A DNA stretch of 64,000 bases from Saprospiraceae bacterium. Its GTDB lineage: Bacteria > Bacteroidota > Bacteroidia > Chitinophagales > Saprospiraceae. The translations under genes were made by a program, and so were the position numbers. The stretch lies in assembly GCA_965230345.1 (NCBI GenBank), contig CBDDKR010000001.1:257079-321078 (forward strand), read 5' to 3'. The notes under the pieces were generated by a model that did no database searches, was not told the origin of the DNA, and was given only the letters and a program-made list of their open reading frames with translations. This document shows, piece after piece, positions 38,470 through 48,357 of the stretch (positions within the stretch are counted from its first letter, which is position 1; the number at the start of each line of letters is the position of its first letter).

Positions 38470-40029
38470 ATGAAAGTATTGAATCTATTTTTATTATTCT
38501 CAACGTTTTTCTTAATCAATGATATGCATGCCCAACAATTCAAGGTGAATATGGGTGAACGAATTAAACTTTCTGGATCAGATGTGGGAATGGTCTTAGG
38601 TCAGTGGAACGATGCCTCGTACAATTGTACAATGGGAAGAAGAGAATTTAGATTGTGGAAGTGTACTGATGGACCTCATAACTGTGATTTAGATGTCTTT
38701 GAAACGGAAAGTAAAATGGTCATTAATCAAGACATTATTGCTACAAGAAAATCTATAGGTTGGGTGACGCGTACAAATAATTCGAAAAGAAAACAGTTTG
38801 AATATGAAGTTACACCTATCGGCTTTAATGGGAGATTTAAACCGACAAAAAGAATAATCCAATTACGATATAAAAACGCTAAACGTATTCCAAATTTTTT
38901 CAGCACTTTCTCAATAGATAGTAGTAAACATTTAATGATATTCGAATATGATTGGGATCAGAGAGGGGATTATCGAGCTTATGGTGTTGTCTTAAATGAG
39001 GATTTCGAAATTATATGGGAAAAAGATATAGAAATTGATGTTAGCCAAAGAAAAATTGAATCTAGTCAATGGAAAATATCAAATAAGGGTGAAATATTTC
39101 ACCTAATGACTGAGTATGAACATGAAAGTAAAAAGAATCATAAAAAATATAAGAAGAATTCGATACCCGCTTATTGGGTTTCAATCAACAGGTATTATCA
39201 TGAAGAAAGTGAATCTGTTGAAATTGAGAAAGGAAATGAATTTATCAAGACCGTTAGAATGACGTTAGATAATGACTCTAATTTATGGGCTGTTTATGGT
39301 TGGGGATATAAAGATTCTGACCCAATTGAAGGTTTTGAGTGGGTTAAATATGATCAAGGAGGCATTTCTTCTGATCCTTCTGTACTAAATAGTATGGAAT
39401 TTACTTGGGATATGGTTAAAGAGTATCCTAAAAGAGATAAATTGAAGAATTCCAGAGGTACTGGAATTACAGATGATTTTGAAATTACTGGAATGGAGGT
39501 CAATTCCAATGGTCAATTAATCGTTTATGGAGAAATTGAGGAATTGATTACCACATATTCAACGGTTGGAATGACTCGAGTGGCACATCATTCCTATCAA
39601 CAAGGATCAATGGGAGTTTTGGTGATAGACAATGATAGAACTATTCAAAAGTTCTTTATGATACCAAGATACCAAGCTGATGATACGAATTATACGTTGA
39701 CCGAATCCATGATTTTATCCAAAGATCAAGTAGATATTTTTTACTTATGTGGTGAGGATTCGTTAAATGAACCTATAAATGGTCACAAAGGATATAAGAG
39801 AAAAGTATCATTATTCGGTTCTAAATTATATCTAATGAAATGTGAGATTAATTTTGCCGAATCCAATATTTCTACAAATCGTTTTATAGTTGGAGGTTAT
39901 GATGATTTTGATGGATTGCCTTTATGTCATACCATTTCTGAAATAGAAGATAATAAGTATTACGTTTTAAGTAGTAGAGGTAGTAAATATTGTTTTGGGG
40001 AGTTTAGTGAAGTGTTTGAAGAAGATTAA
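38470..40029 (+). CDS. Hypothetical secreted protein (519 aa)
   Basis: Signal peptide MKVLNLFLLFSTFFLINDMHAQ on a long clean ORF. No family recognised. Confidence 0.55.
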   Translation: MKVLNLFLLFSTFFLINDMHAQQFKVNMGERIKLSGSDVGMVLGQWNDASYNCTMGRREFRLWKCTDGPHNCDLDVFETESKMVINQDIIATRKSIGWVTRTNNSKRKQFEYEVTPIGFNGRFKPTKRIIQLRYKNAKRIPNFFSTFSIDSSKHLMIFEYDWDQRGDYRAYGVVLNEDFEIIWEKDIEIDVSQRKIESSQWKISNKGEIFHLMTEYEHESKKNHKKYKKNSIPAYWVSINRYYHEESESVEIEKGNEFIKTVRMTLDNDSNLWAVYGWGYKDSDPIEGFEWVKYDQGGISSDPSVLNSMEFTWDMVKEYPKRDKLKNSRGTGITDDFEITGMEVNSNGQLIVYGEIEELITTYSTVGMTRVAHHSYQQGSMGVLVIDNDRTIQKFFMIPRYQADDTNYTLTESMILSKDQVDIFYLCGEDSLNEPINGHKGYKRKVSLFGSKLYLMKCEINFAESNISTNRFIVGGYDDFDGLPLCHTISEIEDNKYYVLSSRGSKYCFGEFSEVFEED

Positions 40030-40074
40030 CTTCATTGCGCGAATTTCTTTAATTCTACAATTCTATAGATTGAC

Positions 40075-40082
40075 TATCTTTG
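40075..40082 (+). promoter_or_regulatory. Bacteroidota -7 promoter element TAtcTTTG for mnmG
   Basis: tatctttgcgcc sits immediately before the ATG at 40087. It matches the TAnnTTTG consensus of Bacteroidota sigma-A promoters. Confidence 0.4.
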
Positions 40083-40086
40083 CGCC

Positions 40087-41952
40087 ATGTTTCCAGAATA
40101 TGATGTAATAGTAGTAGGAGCTGGTCATGCTGGCTGTGAAGCTGCGGTGGCTGCAGCAAATATGGGATCCAAAGTTCTATTGGTTACCATGAATATGAAT
40201 ACCATAGCTCAAATGTCTTGTAATCCAGCCATGGGAGGTGTTGCTAAAGGGCAAATTGTAAGAGAAGTTGATGCCCTAGGTGGATATAGTGGTATCGTGA
40301 GTGATTTGTCAATGGTACAGTTTAGAATGCTGAACCGGAGTAAGGGGCCTGCAATGTGGAGTCCCAGAACACAAAATGATCGAATGATCTTTGCAGCGAA
40401 ATGGAGACAAATGTTAGAGGCTCATCCCAATATTGACTTTTGGCAAGAAATGGTTCATGGCTTAGTAGTAAAGGATGGACGATGTCAAGGTGTCAAGACC
40501 AGTATGGGATTAGAGATTAAATCTAAATCAGTTGTATTAACTAATGGAACCTTTCTTAATGGTTTAATTCATATTGGCGAAAAACAGTTTGGCGGTGGTA
40601 GAGCAGGGGAAAAATCAGCCACTGGGATTACAGAACAACTGATATCATTGGGCTTTGAAGCAGGCCGAATGAAGACAGGAACTCCACCTCGTGTTGATGG
40701 AAGAACATTGGACTATAGTAAAATGGAAATACAAGATGGTGATGGTGATCCACATCGATTTTCATTTACTGATACTCCGTTACCTGAGAAACAATTGCCC
40801 TGTCATATATCCTATACCAATACTAAGGTACATGAAACGCTAAAGGATGGCTTTGAGAAATCACCAATGTTTAATGGTCGAATAAGAGGATTAGGACCTA
40901 GATATTGTCCTTCAATCGAAGATAAGATTGACCGTTTTGCTGAAAGAGATAGACATCAATTATTTGTCGAACCTGAAGGGTGGAATACTTGTGAGATTTA
41001 TGTGAATGGATTTTCTTCATCTTTACCTGAAGATGTCCAATACAAAGCTTTAAAACTAGTACCTGGCTTCGAAAATATGAAAATGTTCAGACCTGGATAT
41101 GCCATAGAATACGACTTTTTTCCTCCCACACAATTGGATATTTCTTTGGAAACAAAGAAGGTAAAAAACTTATTCTTCGCAGGTCAAATTAATGGGACAA
41201 CGGGTTATGAGGAAGCTGCATCTCAAGGATTGATGGCTGGGATTAATGCACATCTAAAAATTAATGAATTAGATCCTTTTGTTTTAAAGAGGTCTGAAGC
41301 ATACATTGGAGTATTGATCGATGATCTTGTTAACAAGGGAACTAAGGAACCTTACAGAATGTTTACTTCTCGTGCAGAATACAGAATTTTACTTCGACAA
41401 GATAATGCCGATTTAAGATTGACACCATTGGTCGACAAATTGGGCATGAAGGGATTGGATAAACGAATGGCTAGAGTTCGCGAAAAAAAGGAAAATGTCG
41501 AAAAGATTATAGATTTTTTACGCAATCACAGTGCAGTTCCTGAGTTGATCAATGGGTATTTACAAGAAAAAGACTCTTCACCTTTGAAGCAGAAAGTGAA
41601 AATGTTTTCTGCTTTGACTAGGCCTCGTATTTCTTTAGAAGAAATGAGAAAGTATCTTCCAGAATTGGACTCTGGGCTAAAAACCTTCGATAAAGAATCG
41701 ATTATGATGTCTGAAATCGCAGTAAAATATGATGGATATATCGCTAAAGAACGTGAAATGGCGGATAAGTTGGAACGTTTGGAATCTGTCAAATTAAAGC
41801 CAGATTTTGATTATAACGGACTAACATCTCTTTCTACAGAAGCACGCGAGAAGTTGTCCGAAGCTAGACCTAGAACCATTGGACAAGCGTCTAGAATTAG
41901 CGGCGTTACTCCAGCGGATGTATCTATTCTATTGGTTCATGTGGGGAGATAG
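40087..41952 (+). CDS. mnmG: tRNA uridine-5-carboxymethylaminomethyl(34) synthesis enzyme MnmG (GidA)
   Basis: YDVIVVGAGHAGCEAA, MSCNPAMGG, GPRYCPSIEDK, FFAGQINGTTGYEEAA and RPRTIGQASRISGVTPADVSILL motifs. Confidence 0.97.
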   Translation: MFPEYDVIVVGAGHAGCEAAVAAANMGSKVLLVTMNMNTIAQMSCNPAMGGVAKGQIVREVDALGGYSGIVSDLSMVQFRMLNRSKGPAMWSPRTQNDRMIFAAKWRQMLEAHPNIDFWQEMVHGLVVKDGRCQGVKTSMGLEIKSKSVVLTNGTFLNGLIHIGEKQFGGGRAGEKSATGITEQLISLGFEAGRMKTGTPPRVDGRTLDYSKMEIQDGDGDPHRFSFTDTPLPEKQLPCHISYTNTKVHETLKDGFEKSPMFNGRIRGLGPRYCPSIEDKIDRFAERDRHQLFVEPEGWNTCEIYVNGFSSSLPEDVQYKALKLVPGFENMKMFRPGYAIEYDFFPPTQLDISLETKKVKNLFFAGQINGTTGYEEAASQGLMAGINAHLKINELDPFVLKRSEAYIGVLIDDLVNKGTKEPYRMFTSRAEYRILLRQDNADLRLTPLVDKLGMKGLDKRMARVREKKENVEKIIDFLRNHSAVPELINGYLQEKDSSPLKQKVKMFSALTRPRISLEEMRKYLPELDSGLKTFDKESIMMSEIAVKYDGYIAKEREMADKLERLESVKLKPDFDYNGLTSLSTEAREKLSEARPRTIGQASRISGVTPADVSILLVHVGR

Positions 41953-42119
41953 ATCAACTATACATTTGGTACTAAGAAATATACAAGAGGTAAAAGTTTA
42001 ATTCTTTTCAATTTGAAAGATTCTTCAAGTTGTTTTCTGAATCAACAGTTGTGCGAGTATACATATGTTAATATTTTGTAATGTATGTACGCTCACACTA
42101 AAGGACTTATGAATTAAGA

Positions 42120-43346
42120 CTAAAGTCCGCGTCGTTGTAACTCAGTTTGAACTAAGCTGAGTTCACGGCCCATTTCGCCAGTTACCGAAGTGTTTTCTTG
42201 AGCACGTCGAATTAAGTAAGGAATGACTTCCTTCACAGGCCCATAAGGAACATATTTAGCAACATTGTATCCAGACTGTGCAAGATTATAAGTGATGTAA
42301 TCACTCATTCCGTACAATTGACAAAAATTAAGGTGGGCATGAGATTTATCTAATCCTTTATCTTTAATCAGATTTGCCAATAGAAGATTACTTTCTAAGT
42401 TGTGTGAAGCACAAACAAAAGAAAGAGTTTCATAGTTGTCTACACAAAATTCTACAGCCAAATCAAAATCCTTATCAGTAGCAGGTTTAGAAGTGTGAAT
42501 AGGGGAAACGTAACCTTCTTCTTTTGCTTTTTCATTTTCTTTCTCCATATAGGCCCCACGAACCAGTTTCGCACCAAAAAGTAATCCTTTGGAACGAATC
42601 ATTTGATAATCATCCTTTAATTGTTTCAACTTGTCGTGACGGTATAACTGGTATGTGTTAAAGACAATAACTTTTTCTTGATTGTATTTTTCCATGAGTT
42701 CCAAGGTCAGACTATCAATTGGGATTTGAATCCAACTCTCTTCCGCATCAATAAAAACACCAACGCCATGTTCATGAGCCTTGGCACATATTTCGTCAAT
42801 TCGTTCTAGAAACCTTTGATATTTGCCTTGTTGAACTGTGTCTAGCTTTTTACCATTATTCAACTTCTCCAGTATTTCATTTTCTACCAACCCTGTCAAT
42901 TTAACCCCAATTCCAGGTACAGAATTGTTAGATGCCGCCATCTCGATGGATTTGATGTTTTCATTTTTTACCACATCTAAATCATCTTCAGAAGTCTTTC
43001 CTTCAGCTCCATAATCTAAAATAGTTAAGACTTCATTTTTGTAGAGTTTGTCTATTGATTTTTGAGTGTCTAATAGGTTTTCTCCACCACAGAATTGATC
43101 AAAAATTGTGCTTTTAATGGCAAAGTCCGCAAAAGGCAACCTTAATTTGACAGCATACAAAGCTAAAGAAGAACCAAGATTAACTAAGGTATTGTTGTTC
43201 ATCATTCGAAATAGCCATGCCGTTTTCTTTAATTCCTTATTGGATTTATTGGCAAAGGCGATTTCGGTATTCTTAAAATCGAGTAATGATGACGGGTGAG
43301 GTTCGTCTCTTTCTAGTTCATTAGATTGTTGGTCCATATATCCCAT
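42120..43346 (-). CDS. Proline dehydrogenase family protein
   Basis: LDYGAEG, FIDAEESW, NTYQLYR and AKLVRGAYME motifs of the PRODH TIM barrel. The start is at 43346 or 43337 and overlaps the 3' end of aroE. Confidence 0.8.
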   Translation of the reverse strand: MGYMDQQSNELERDEPHPSSLLDFKNTEIAFANKSNKELKKTAWLFRMMNNNTLVNLGSSLALYAVKLRLPFADFAIKSTIFDQFCGGENLLDTQKSIDKLYKNEVLTILDYGAEGKTSEDDLDVVKNENIKSIEMAASNNSVPGIGVKLTGLVENEILEKLNNGKKLDTVQQGKYQRFLERIDEICAKAHEHGVGVFIDAEESWIQIPIDSLTLELMEKYNQEKVIVFNTYQLYRHDKLKQLKDDYQMIRSKGLLFGAKLVRGAYMEKENEKAKEEGYVSPIHTSKPATDKDFDLAVEFCVDNYETLSFVCASHNLESNLLLANLIKDKGLDKSHAHLNFCQLYGMSDYITYNLAQSGYNVAKYVPYGPVKEVIPYLIRRAQENTSVTGEMGRELSLVQTELQRRGL

Positions 43347-44041
43347 GATTTTTCAGCTTGAAGAATAAGCATATCATGACCATTCATGATTTTCGCTCCA
43401 TATCTTTCTCCGTGACTCAAAAATAATGATTTTTCAGGATTGTAAATGAGATCGTATAAAAAATGTTTATCCGTAATCTGATTATAATTAATGTCTGGCG
43501 ATTTGTCCGTTTCAGGATACATTCCAAGAGGTGTAGTGTTTATTATTAAAGCATGATGGGCGACTTCATTCGTTAGATTATGGTATTGGAGATTGGGCGG
43601 ATTACGTGAGACTACTTTAAACTGTATATTCATATCAAGCAGAACTTGTTGGACCGCTTTAGAGGCTCCACCTGATCCAAGAACTAAAGCATTTAAACCT
43701 TGGACGTCTGATACAAAGTTTTCAAGAGATTGTCGGAATCCATAGTAATCAGTATTGTAACCTTTTAATTTGCCATCAATATTCTTTATACAATTTACGG
43801 CTCCGATCTTTCTTGCTTCAGTAGATAGATCATCTAGAAAAGGAATAATAGATTGCTTATAAGGAATGGTTACATTGGCTCCATAAAGGTGTGGAAGTAA
43901 ATCTTTTACCTGATGGATGTCGACCAATGGAAATCTGTCATAAGAGAAATTTTTCAACCCCAAATGATCAAATTTGTGTTTGAAATAATCGGGCGAAAAG
44001 GAATGTGTCAAAGGGTTACCTATGATACCATACTTAGACAT
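43313..44041 (-). CDS. aroE: Shikimate dehydrogenase
   Basis: GIIGNPLTHSFSP, NVTIPYK, GAVNCI, GYNTDYYGF and VLGSGGASKAV motifs. Confidence 0.88.
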   Translation of the reverse strand: MSKYGIIGNPLTHSFSPDYFKHKFDHLGLKNFSYDRFPLVDIHQVKDLLPHLYGANVTIPYKQSIIPFLDDLSTEARKIGAVNCIKNIDGKLKGYNTDYYGFRQSLENFVSDVQGLNALVLGSGGASKAVQQVLLDMNIQFKVVSRNPPNLQYHNLTNEVAHHALIINTTPLGMYPETDKSPDINYNQITDKHFLYDLIYNPEKSLFLSHGERYGAKIMNGHDMLILQAEKSWDIWTNNLMN

Positions 44042-44050
44042 GTGTTACTT

Positions 44051-44431
44051 TTATTTACTAGCGATACAACTTATTTCTACATTGACATATTTTGGAAGGT
44101 TAGCTACTTCTACAAGTTCTCTTGCCGGGGCAATTTCTTCATCAAAGTATTCAGTATATACCTTATTAATGCGATCAAAAAGCTCCATGTCTGAAACGAA
44201 TACAGAACATTTATGAACATTACTCAGGTTCATTTCAGCAGCTTCAACTACGGCTTTTAGGTTTTTAAGAACTTGATGTGTTTCTTCCTCAATGTTTTCA
44301 CAGATCAATTTACCACTTTGAGGATTAATTGCTATTTGCCCAGATACGTATAATGTGTTATGAGCTAAGATGGCTTGATTATACGGTCCTACAGGTGCGG
44401 GTGCATTATTTGTCTTAATTATTTTTCTCAT
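44051..44431 (-). CDS. ridA: RidA family (YjgF/L-PSP) enamine/imine deaminase
   Basis: APAPVGPYNQA, VSGQIAINPQSG, VFVSDM, PAR and VEISCIA motifs. Confidence 0.9.
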   Translation of the reverse strand: MRKIIKTNNAPAPVGPYNQAILAHNTLYVSGQIAINPQSGKLICENIEEETHQVLKNLKAVVEAAEMNLSNVHKCSVFVSDMELFDRINKVYTEYFDEEIAPARELVEVANLPKYVNVEISCIASK

Positions 44432-44499
44432 GATATGAAAAGAATTGTTTTACCTTCGATCAAAGATATCTTTATGTTCTAATAATTAAAAATGTTTCA

Positions 44500-45855
44500 A
44501 TGAAATTACCAGAGTCCTTTTTGAAACAAATGTATGATATTCTTAATGAGGAGTATGACGACTTTAGCGAGGCGTTGGATCAGGATTCGTCTACATCTAT
44601 TAGGATGAATTTGGCTAAACCTGTCATGGATTGGAAAGAACTATATGCAGGTGAAGAAATTCCTTGGTGTAAGCATGGAGTTGTGCTCAATCAACGACCA
44701 TCTTTCACCTTAGACCCTAAGTTTCATGCAGGGCAATACTATGTACAAGAAGCTTCTTCAATGGTTATTTATAGTGTGGTATCCGAAATTATAGAATCGC
44801 TTAAAGAGCCTGTAGTATTGGATCTTTGTGCTTCTCCTGGTGGAAAGTCAACGGCAATTCTAGATGCTATGAAGGGGAATGGAACATTGGTTTGCAATGA
44901 AGTTATTCAAAGTAGGGTAGGTCCCCTAATCCATAACATTATGAAGTGGGGATATGCTAATGCAATAGTAACGAATAATGACGCTGCTGTTTTTGGTAAG
45001 GAACTTCAGGGAGAATTTGATGTGTTGGTTGTCGATGCTCCATGTTCAGGAGAGGGAATGTTTAGAAAAGACCGAAATGCGATCTCGGAATGGTCCATGG
45101 ATCATGTGGATCATTGCAGTGTGAGACAACAAAGGATTTTAAAGGACAGTATAAATTGTTTGAAGGAAAATGGATATTTGATCTACAGCACATGTACCTA
45201 TAATGAAAAAGAAAATATGAATAATGTGCTTTGGATGGAAGAAGAATTTCAACTGGAATCATGTGTTCTTTCGTCTTTTGAGCATAAGGCCATTACTACC
45301 GTTAATAAAGGTGGTTCAATAGGTTATCAATTTTACCCGCATAAAACAATTGGTGAAGGGTTTTTCATTTCTGTTTTAAGAAAAAAAAGTACTCTTCATA
45401 AATCAAGTGCTCCAAATAAAGGTGGCCTACTAGACCTTTCCAATGATATGTACAAAGTACTTTCGGAATGGATTGGTAATCATAGTGATTTTCGTTTTGG
45501 ATTGAGTAAATCGAATGATGTTTTTATGTACAATAAATCGACCTATGAGATGGTACAACGGTTACTATCGAAATTCAGAATTCGACATTCGGGTATTAGA
45601 GCAGGGCAGTTTAAGAAACTAATCTTTATTCCTCATCATAACTTAGCACTTGGAAATAATGTTGATTTTGCATGCAATATTATTGAATTAGAAACAGAAA
45701 ACGCATTAAGCTTTTTAAGAAAGGAAATGCATAAAATAGATGGTCCAAAGGGATGGAATCTTGTTACTCATGATGGATTTGGATTAGGGTGGATTAAAAA
45801 CATTGGGAATCGAATTAATAATTACCTGCCCAAAGAGTTTCGCGTTTTAAAATAA
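44500..45855 (+). CDS. rRNA cytosine-C5 methyltransferase (NOL1/NOP2/Sun family, RsmF-like)
   Basis: GQYYVQEASSM, DLCASPGGKST, DAPCSGEGMFRK and YSTCTYN motifs. Confidence 0.85.
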   Translation: MKLPESFLKQMYDILNEEYDDFSEALDQDSSTSIRMNLAKPVMDWKELYAGEEIPWCKHGVVLNQRPSFTLDPKFHAGQYYVQEASSMVIYSVVSEIIESLKEPVVLDLCASPGGKSTAILDAMKGNGTLVCNEVIQSRVGPLIHNIMKWGYANAIVTNNDAAVFGKELQGEFDVLVVDAPCSGEGMFRKDRNAISEWSMDHVDHCSVRQQRILKDSINCLKENGYLIYSTCTYNEKENMNNVLWMEEEFQLESCVLSSFEHKAITTVNKGGSIGYQFYPHKTIGEGFFISVLRKKSTLHKSSAPNKGGLLDLSNDMYKVLSEWIGNHSDFRFGLSKSNDVFMYNKSTYEMVQRLLSKFRIRHSGIRAGQFKKLIFIPHHNLALGNNVDFACNIIELETENALSFLRKEMHKIDGPKGWNLVTHDGFGLGWIKNIGNRINNYLPKEFRVLK

Positions 45856-45969
45856 TATTTTATCAAATTAGATTTGTTTTACCGTATTGTAAATGAATTA
45901 TATCAATTAAGAAAACACTTTACGACGCAGAAAATTAGATATAAAGTTGGGTTAAGGTAAATAAAATTA

Positions 45970-46221
45970 TACATTTGTAGCGCTTTAGTTGATGTTTCAA
46001 TCTAAGGCTAGGATTTTGTCAATCATTTTATAACAAATAGCCAATCTGAAGTATTAGATATTGAACCAATCAGGTTATTTGAAATCTATTAGTCCTTGAT
46101 AAAGATTAATAGTAATCGTATTATGATATACAAAAGCTATTAATTGTGAAAAAGCATTTTGATTACCAATTCGGAAACTTTTTTACGATTAACGAGAGGG
46201 CAGCGGTGCCCTCTTTTTATT
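45970..46221 (+). ncRNA. Speculative orphan transcript: TAcaTTTG promoter motif to intrinsic terminator, with no ORF
   Basis: A TAcaTTTG motif lies at 45970-45977. About 215 nt downstream is a GC-rich hairpin plus T-run at 46194-46221. No ORF longer than 10 codons lies between them. I recognised no known RNA family. Confidence 0.2.
46194..46221 (+). terminator. Intrinsic terminator (T-run on + strand)
   Basis: agagggca (46195-46202) pairs with tgccctct (46207-46214) around the loop gcgg. ttttatt follows. Confidence 0.6.
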
Positions 46222-46227
46222 GAGTGT

Positions 46228-46716
46228 TTATAGATAAACAACCCCATACTTTTTCTCAATTAGATCAAGATTGATTTGTCCTGACTTAACTTGTTCACTC
46301 GTCTCTTTCATAAAGTCCTCTGCCCAATCGCCTGGGAAAATATAACTTATGATCTTAGCATTCGAATTTCCAATATTTTTCATGAAATGAGAAACTCCTC
46401 TAGGACATTGTATCGAGTCACCAGGTTCAATGAAAAAGGTCTCATCTCCAATTTTTGCTTCAAGGTTTCCAGAAATAACATGAAAAGTTTGATCTTCCCA
46501 CTTATGATAATGATCAGGAACAAATCCACCTGGTTCAATAATGCCTTCTGTAATTACATATTCTGAATTAGTAGACTCTTTTCCCACAACAATTCCTGTA
46601 AATTCGTTTTCAGTCATCCAGTATTTGATGCTATCGCTAGACTTTTTAATAACAGTTGATTTGTTGGTAGAGTGGTTTCTTTTATTCATATTTTTAATGT
46701 CTAATTGAATAGTCAA
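46228..46716 (-). CDS. Cupin domain protein
   Basis: PGGFVPDHYHKWEDQTFHVISG...GDSIQCPRGVSHFMKN matches the cupin motifs. Confidence 0.7.
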   Translation of the reverse strand: MTIQLDIKNMNKRNHSTNKSTVIKKSSDSIKYWMTENEFTGIVVGKESTNSEYVITEGIIEPGGFVPDHYHKWEDQTFHVISGNLEAKIGDETFFIEPGDSIQCPRGVSHFMKNIGNSNAKIISYIFPGDWAEDFMKETSEQVKSGQINLDLIEKKYGVVYL

Positions 46717-47238
46717 TTTATGTTGAGTATAATACTTTTGTATCAGTAACTGAGAGATTGAGAAGTTAACAATTAGATGTAGTCTTCGGTTTTGATATCG
46801 AATGAGAATATTTATTATTTGGTTAAACTCAGATTAAATTTACACCTTAACTTAATCTAGTTTAGAATTGCAAAATTAACGGGTTACAATGGGTGTTTTT
46901 AACCCTCTAATTAGCAATCATAATGTACATTATTGTTGTCGATTAAAATTGCAACAAAGTTTACAACACAAAACATCAAATACAAACATGCCAACCTTGC
47001 TTAAATATGAGTAATAAAAGAACTGCAATTAAGATTGAAATAGTCCCACTTATTATTCCGAGAAGAGTTGAAGTAATAATTAGAGTAGGATATTGCGAAA
47101 TTAGGGAAAGAAAATCGTCAAAAAATAGTATTGGATTTTGAAGAAACTGAAATGTATTGTTCTTACAGCTAAAACACAAGTTTATCAGAGTAGAAGAGAT
47201 AAATAAATGACCTAACTATAGGAAGACTTGGTTGAAAT

Positions 47239-47268
47239 AAAAAAACAGCTTCCCGGTTAAGAAAGCTG
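47239..47268 (-). terminator. Probable intrinsic terminator of the 47374..48093 gene
   Basis: On the minus strand, cagctt/aagctg forms a 6-bp stem followed by a 7-T run (plus-strand A-run 47239-47245). Confidence 0.45.
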
Positions 47269-47373
47269 CTCTGTTGGTTTAACAGTTGTAGAATTTTTGG
47301 TTGGAATAAATTCTGACTCAATTAAAACAATAATGATGCCAAAACTTCCATTTTACCACATTGAAGTGATTTA

Positions 47374-48093
47374 TTATTTACCAAAATCATATTTTACGGT
47401 GAGTTGAATAGTAGGTCTTTTGGAAACTTCAGAATTATTGAATCGTATGAACTGATACAAATAAGCAAGTTCAATACCTGCATGTCCATTGATCTTTCTC
47501 CCAATACCACCATACAGCCAATTTCTGTCCAAAGCAATTTGCCTGTATTTATCGCCTAGATTTAGCCACAATTCATTAAATCCATGGAAATAGAAATGTT
47601 CATTTATAGGGTAGTTTATCGATATCCTATATCTGAATCTATTGGTGAAGTTGTATTTGGCGATTTCGGTGAGTTCATTATTATAAACTCCTATATGACG
47701 ATGTTCCAAACGGTAGCGATGCTTAAACTGAACTTTGCTAACCTTATGTTTGAGTGTGATTTGCTCCCAATAATTATGTTCTGGTCTATTGACATCGGTT
47801 AAATCATTGGTGTCTGAAAAGTTTAAGAGATATGAATACCCAGCAGTAAGTGTGAGATTTGAATTGTAATTGTAATCAACATAAGGCCGTATAATCATCT
47901 GTGCCTTGTCGGAAAGAAAATTGGTATGACGCCAATGAAACTCATTTCCGATGTTCCATTTATCATTTATTTCATAATTGTTTAATAGTAAAAACCAAGC
48001 TTCTGATTGTCGATCAACAGCTTGTGAATGTAGTTCATCAATGATAGAACCAAGGCCTATCAATATAGTAAGTACAGTGATTTTTAAGTTCAT
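47374..48093 (-). CDS. DUF2490-like outer-membrane protein
   Basis: Signal peptide. Beta-rich with HRYRLEHRH and RFRYRISINY motifs resembling DUF2490. The C-terminus is aromatic-rich. Confidence 0.45.
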   Translation of the reverse strand: MNLKITVLTILIGLGSIIDELHSQAVDRQSEAWFLLLNNYEINDKWNIGNEFHWRHTNFLSDKAQMIIRPYVDYNYNSNLTLTAGYSYLLNFSDTNDLTDVNRPEHNYWEQITLKHKVSKVQFKHRYRLEHRHIGVYNNELTEIAKYNFTNRFRYRISINYPINEHFYFHGFNELWLNLGDKYRQIALDRNWLYGGIGRKINGHAGIELAYLYQFIRFNNSEVSKRPTIQLTVKYDFGK

Positions 48094-48357
48094 ATTTTGT
48101 CTTTTTGAGCGATTAAATTAAAGGAATTCTTTAAAATAATATAATCGTTAACTTAAAAATCATGTCGTTCAAAGAAGCTGTGGATAACTATTCATTAATA
48201 AATCAATTACAAAGTAAATGTTGTAAGGAATTATAAGTGATCTTATCGTTGTGAATGCTGGAGTCTGATAATTCTATTTACAAATGGACTGTACTATATA
48301 GCATTACAATAAAGGAAATATTTGAATTAAGATTTATATATTTTTAGTTTGACGATG

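Noticed and set aside
41953-42119. Imperfect inverted repeat (tgtgcgagtatacat ... atgtacgctcaca) between mnmG and the PRODH gene, considered as a possible terminator or operator.
   Set aside because: The arms do not actually pair beyond 4 nt when checked base by base, and no T-run follows.
48179-48187. Perfect DnaA-box 9-mers: TGTGGATAA at 48179-48187 and TTATCCACA at 5528-5536. mnmG (gidA) is also present and is often located near oriC.
   Set aside because: The boxes are isolated single copies, and one lies inside yggS. There is no cluster, no adjacent AT-rich unwinding element with repeats, and no dnaA or dnaN nearby. I see no support for an origin.
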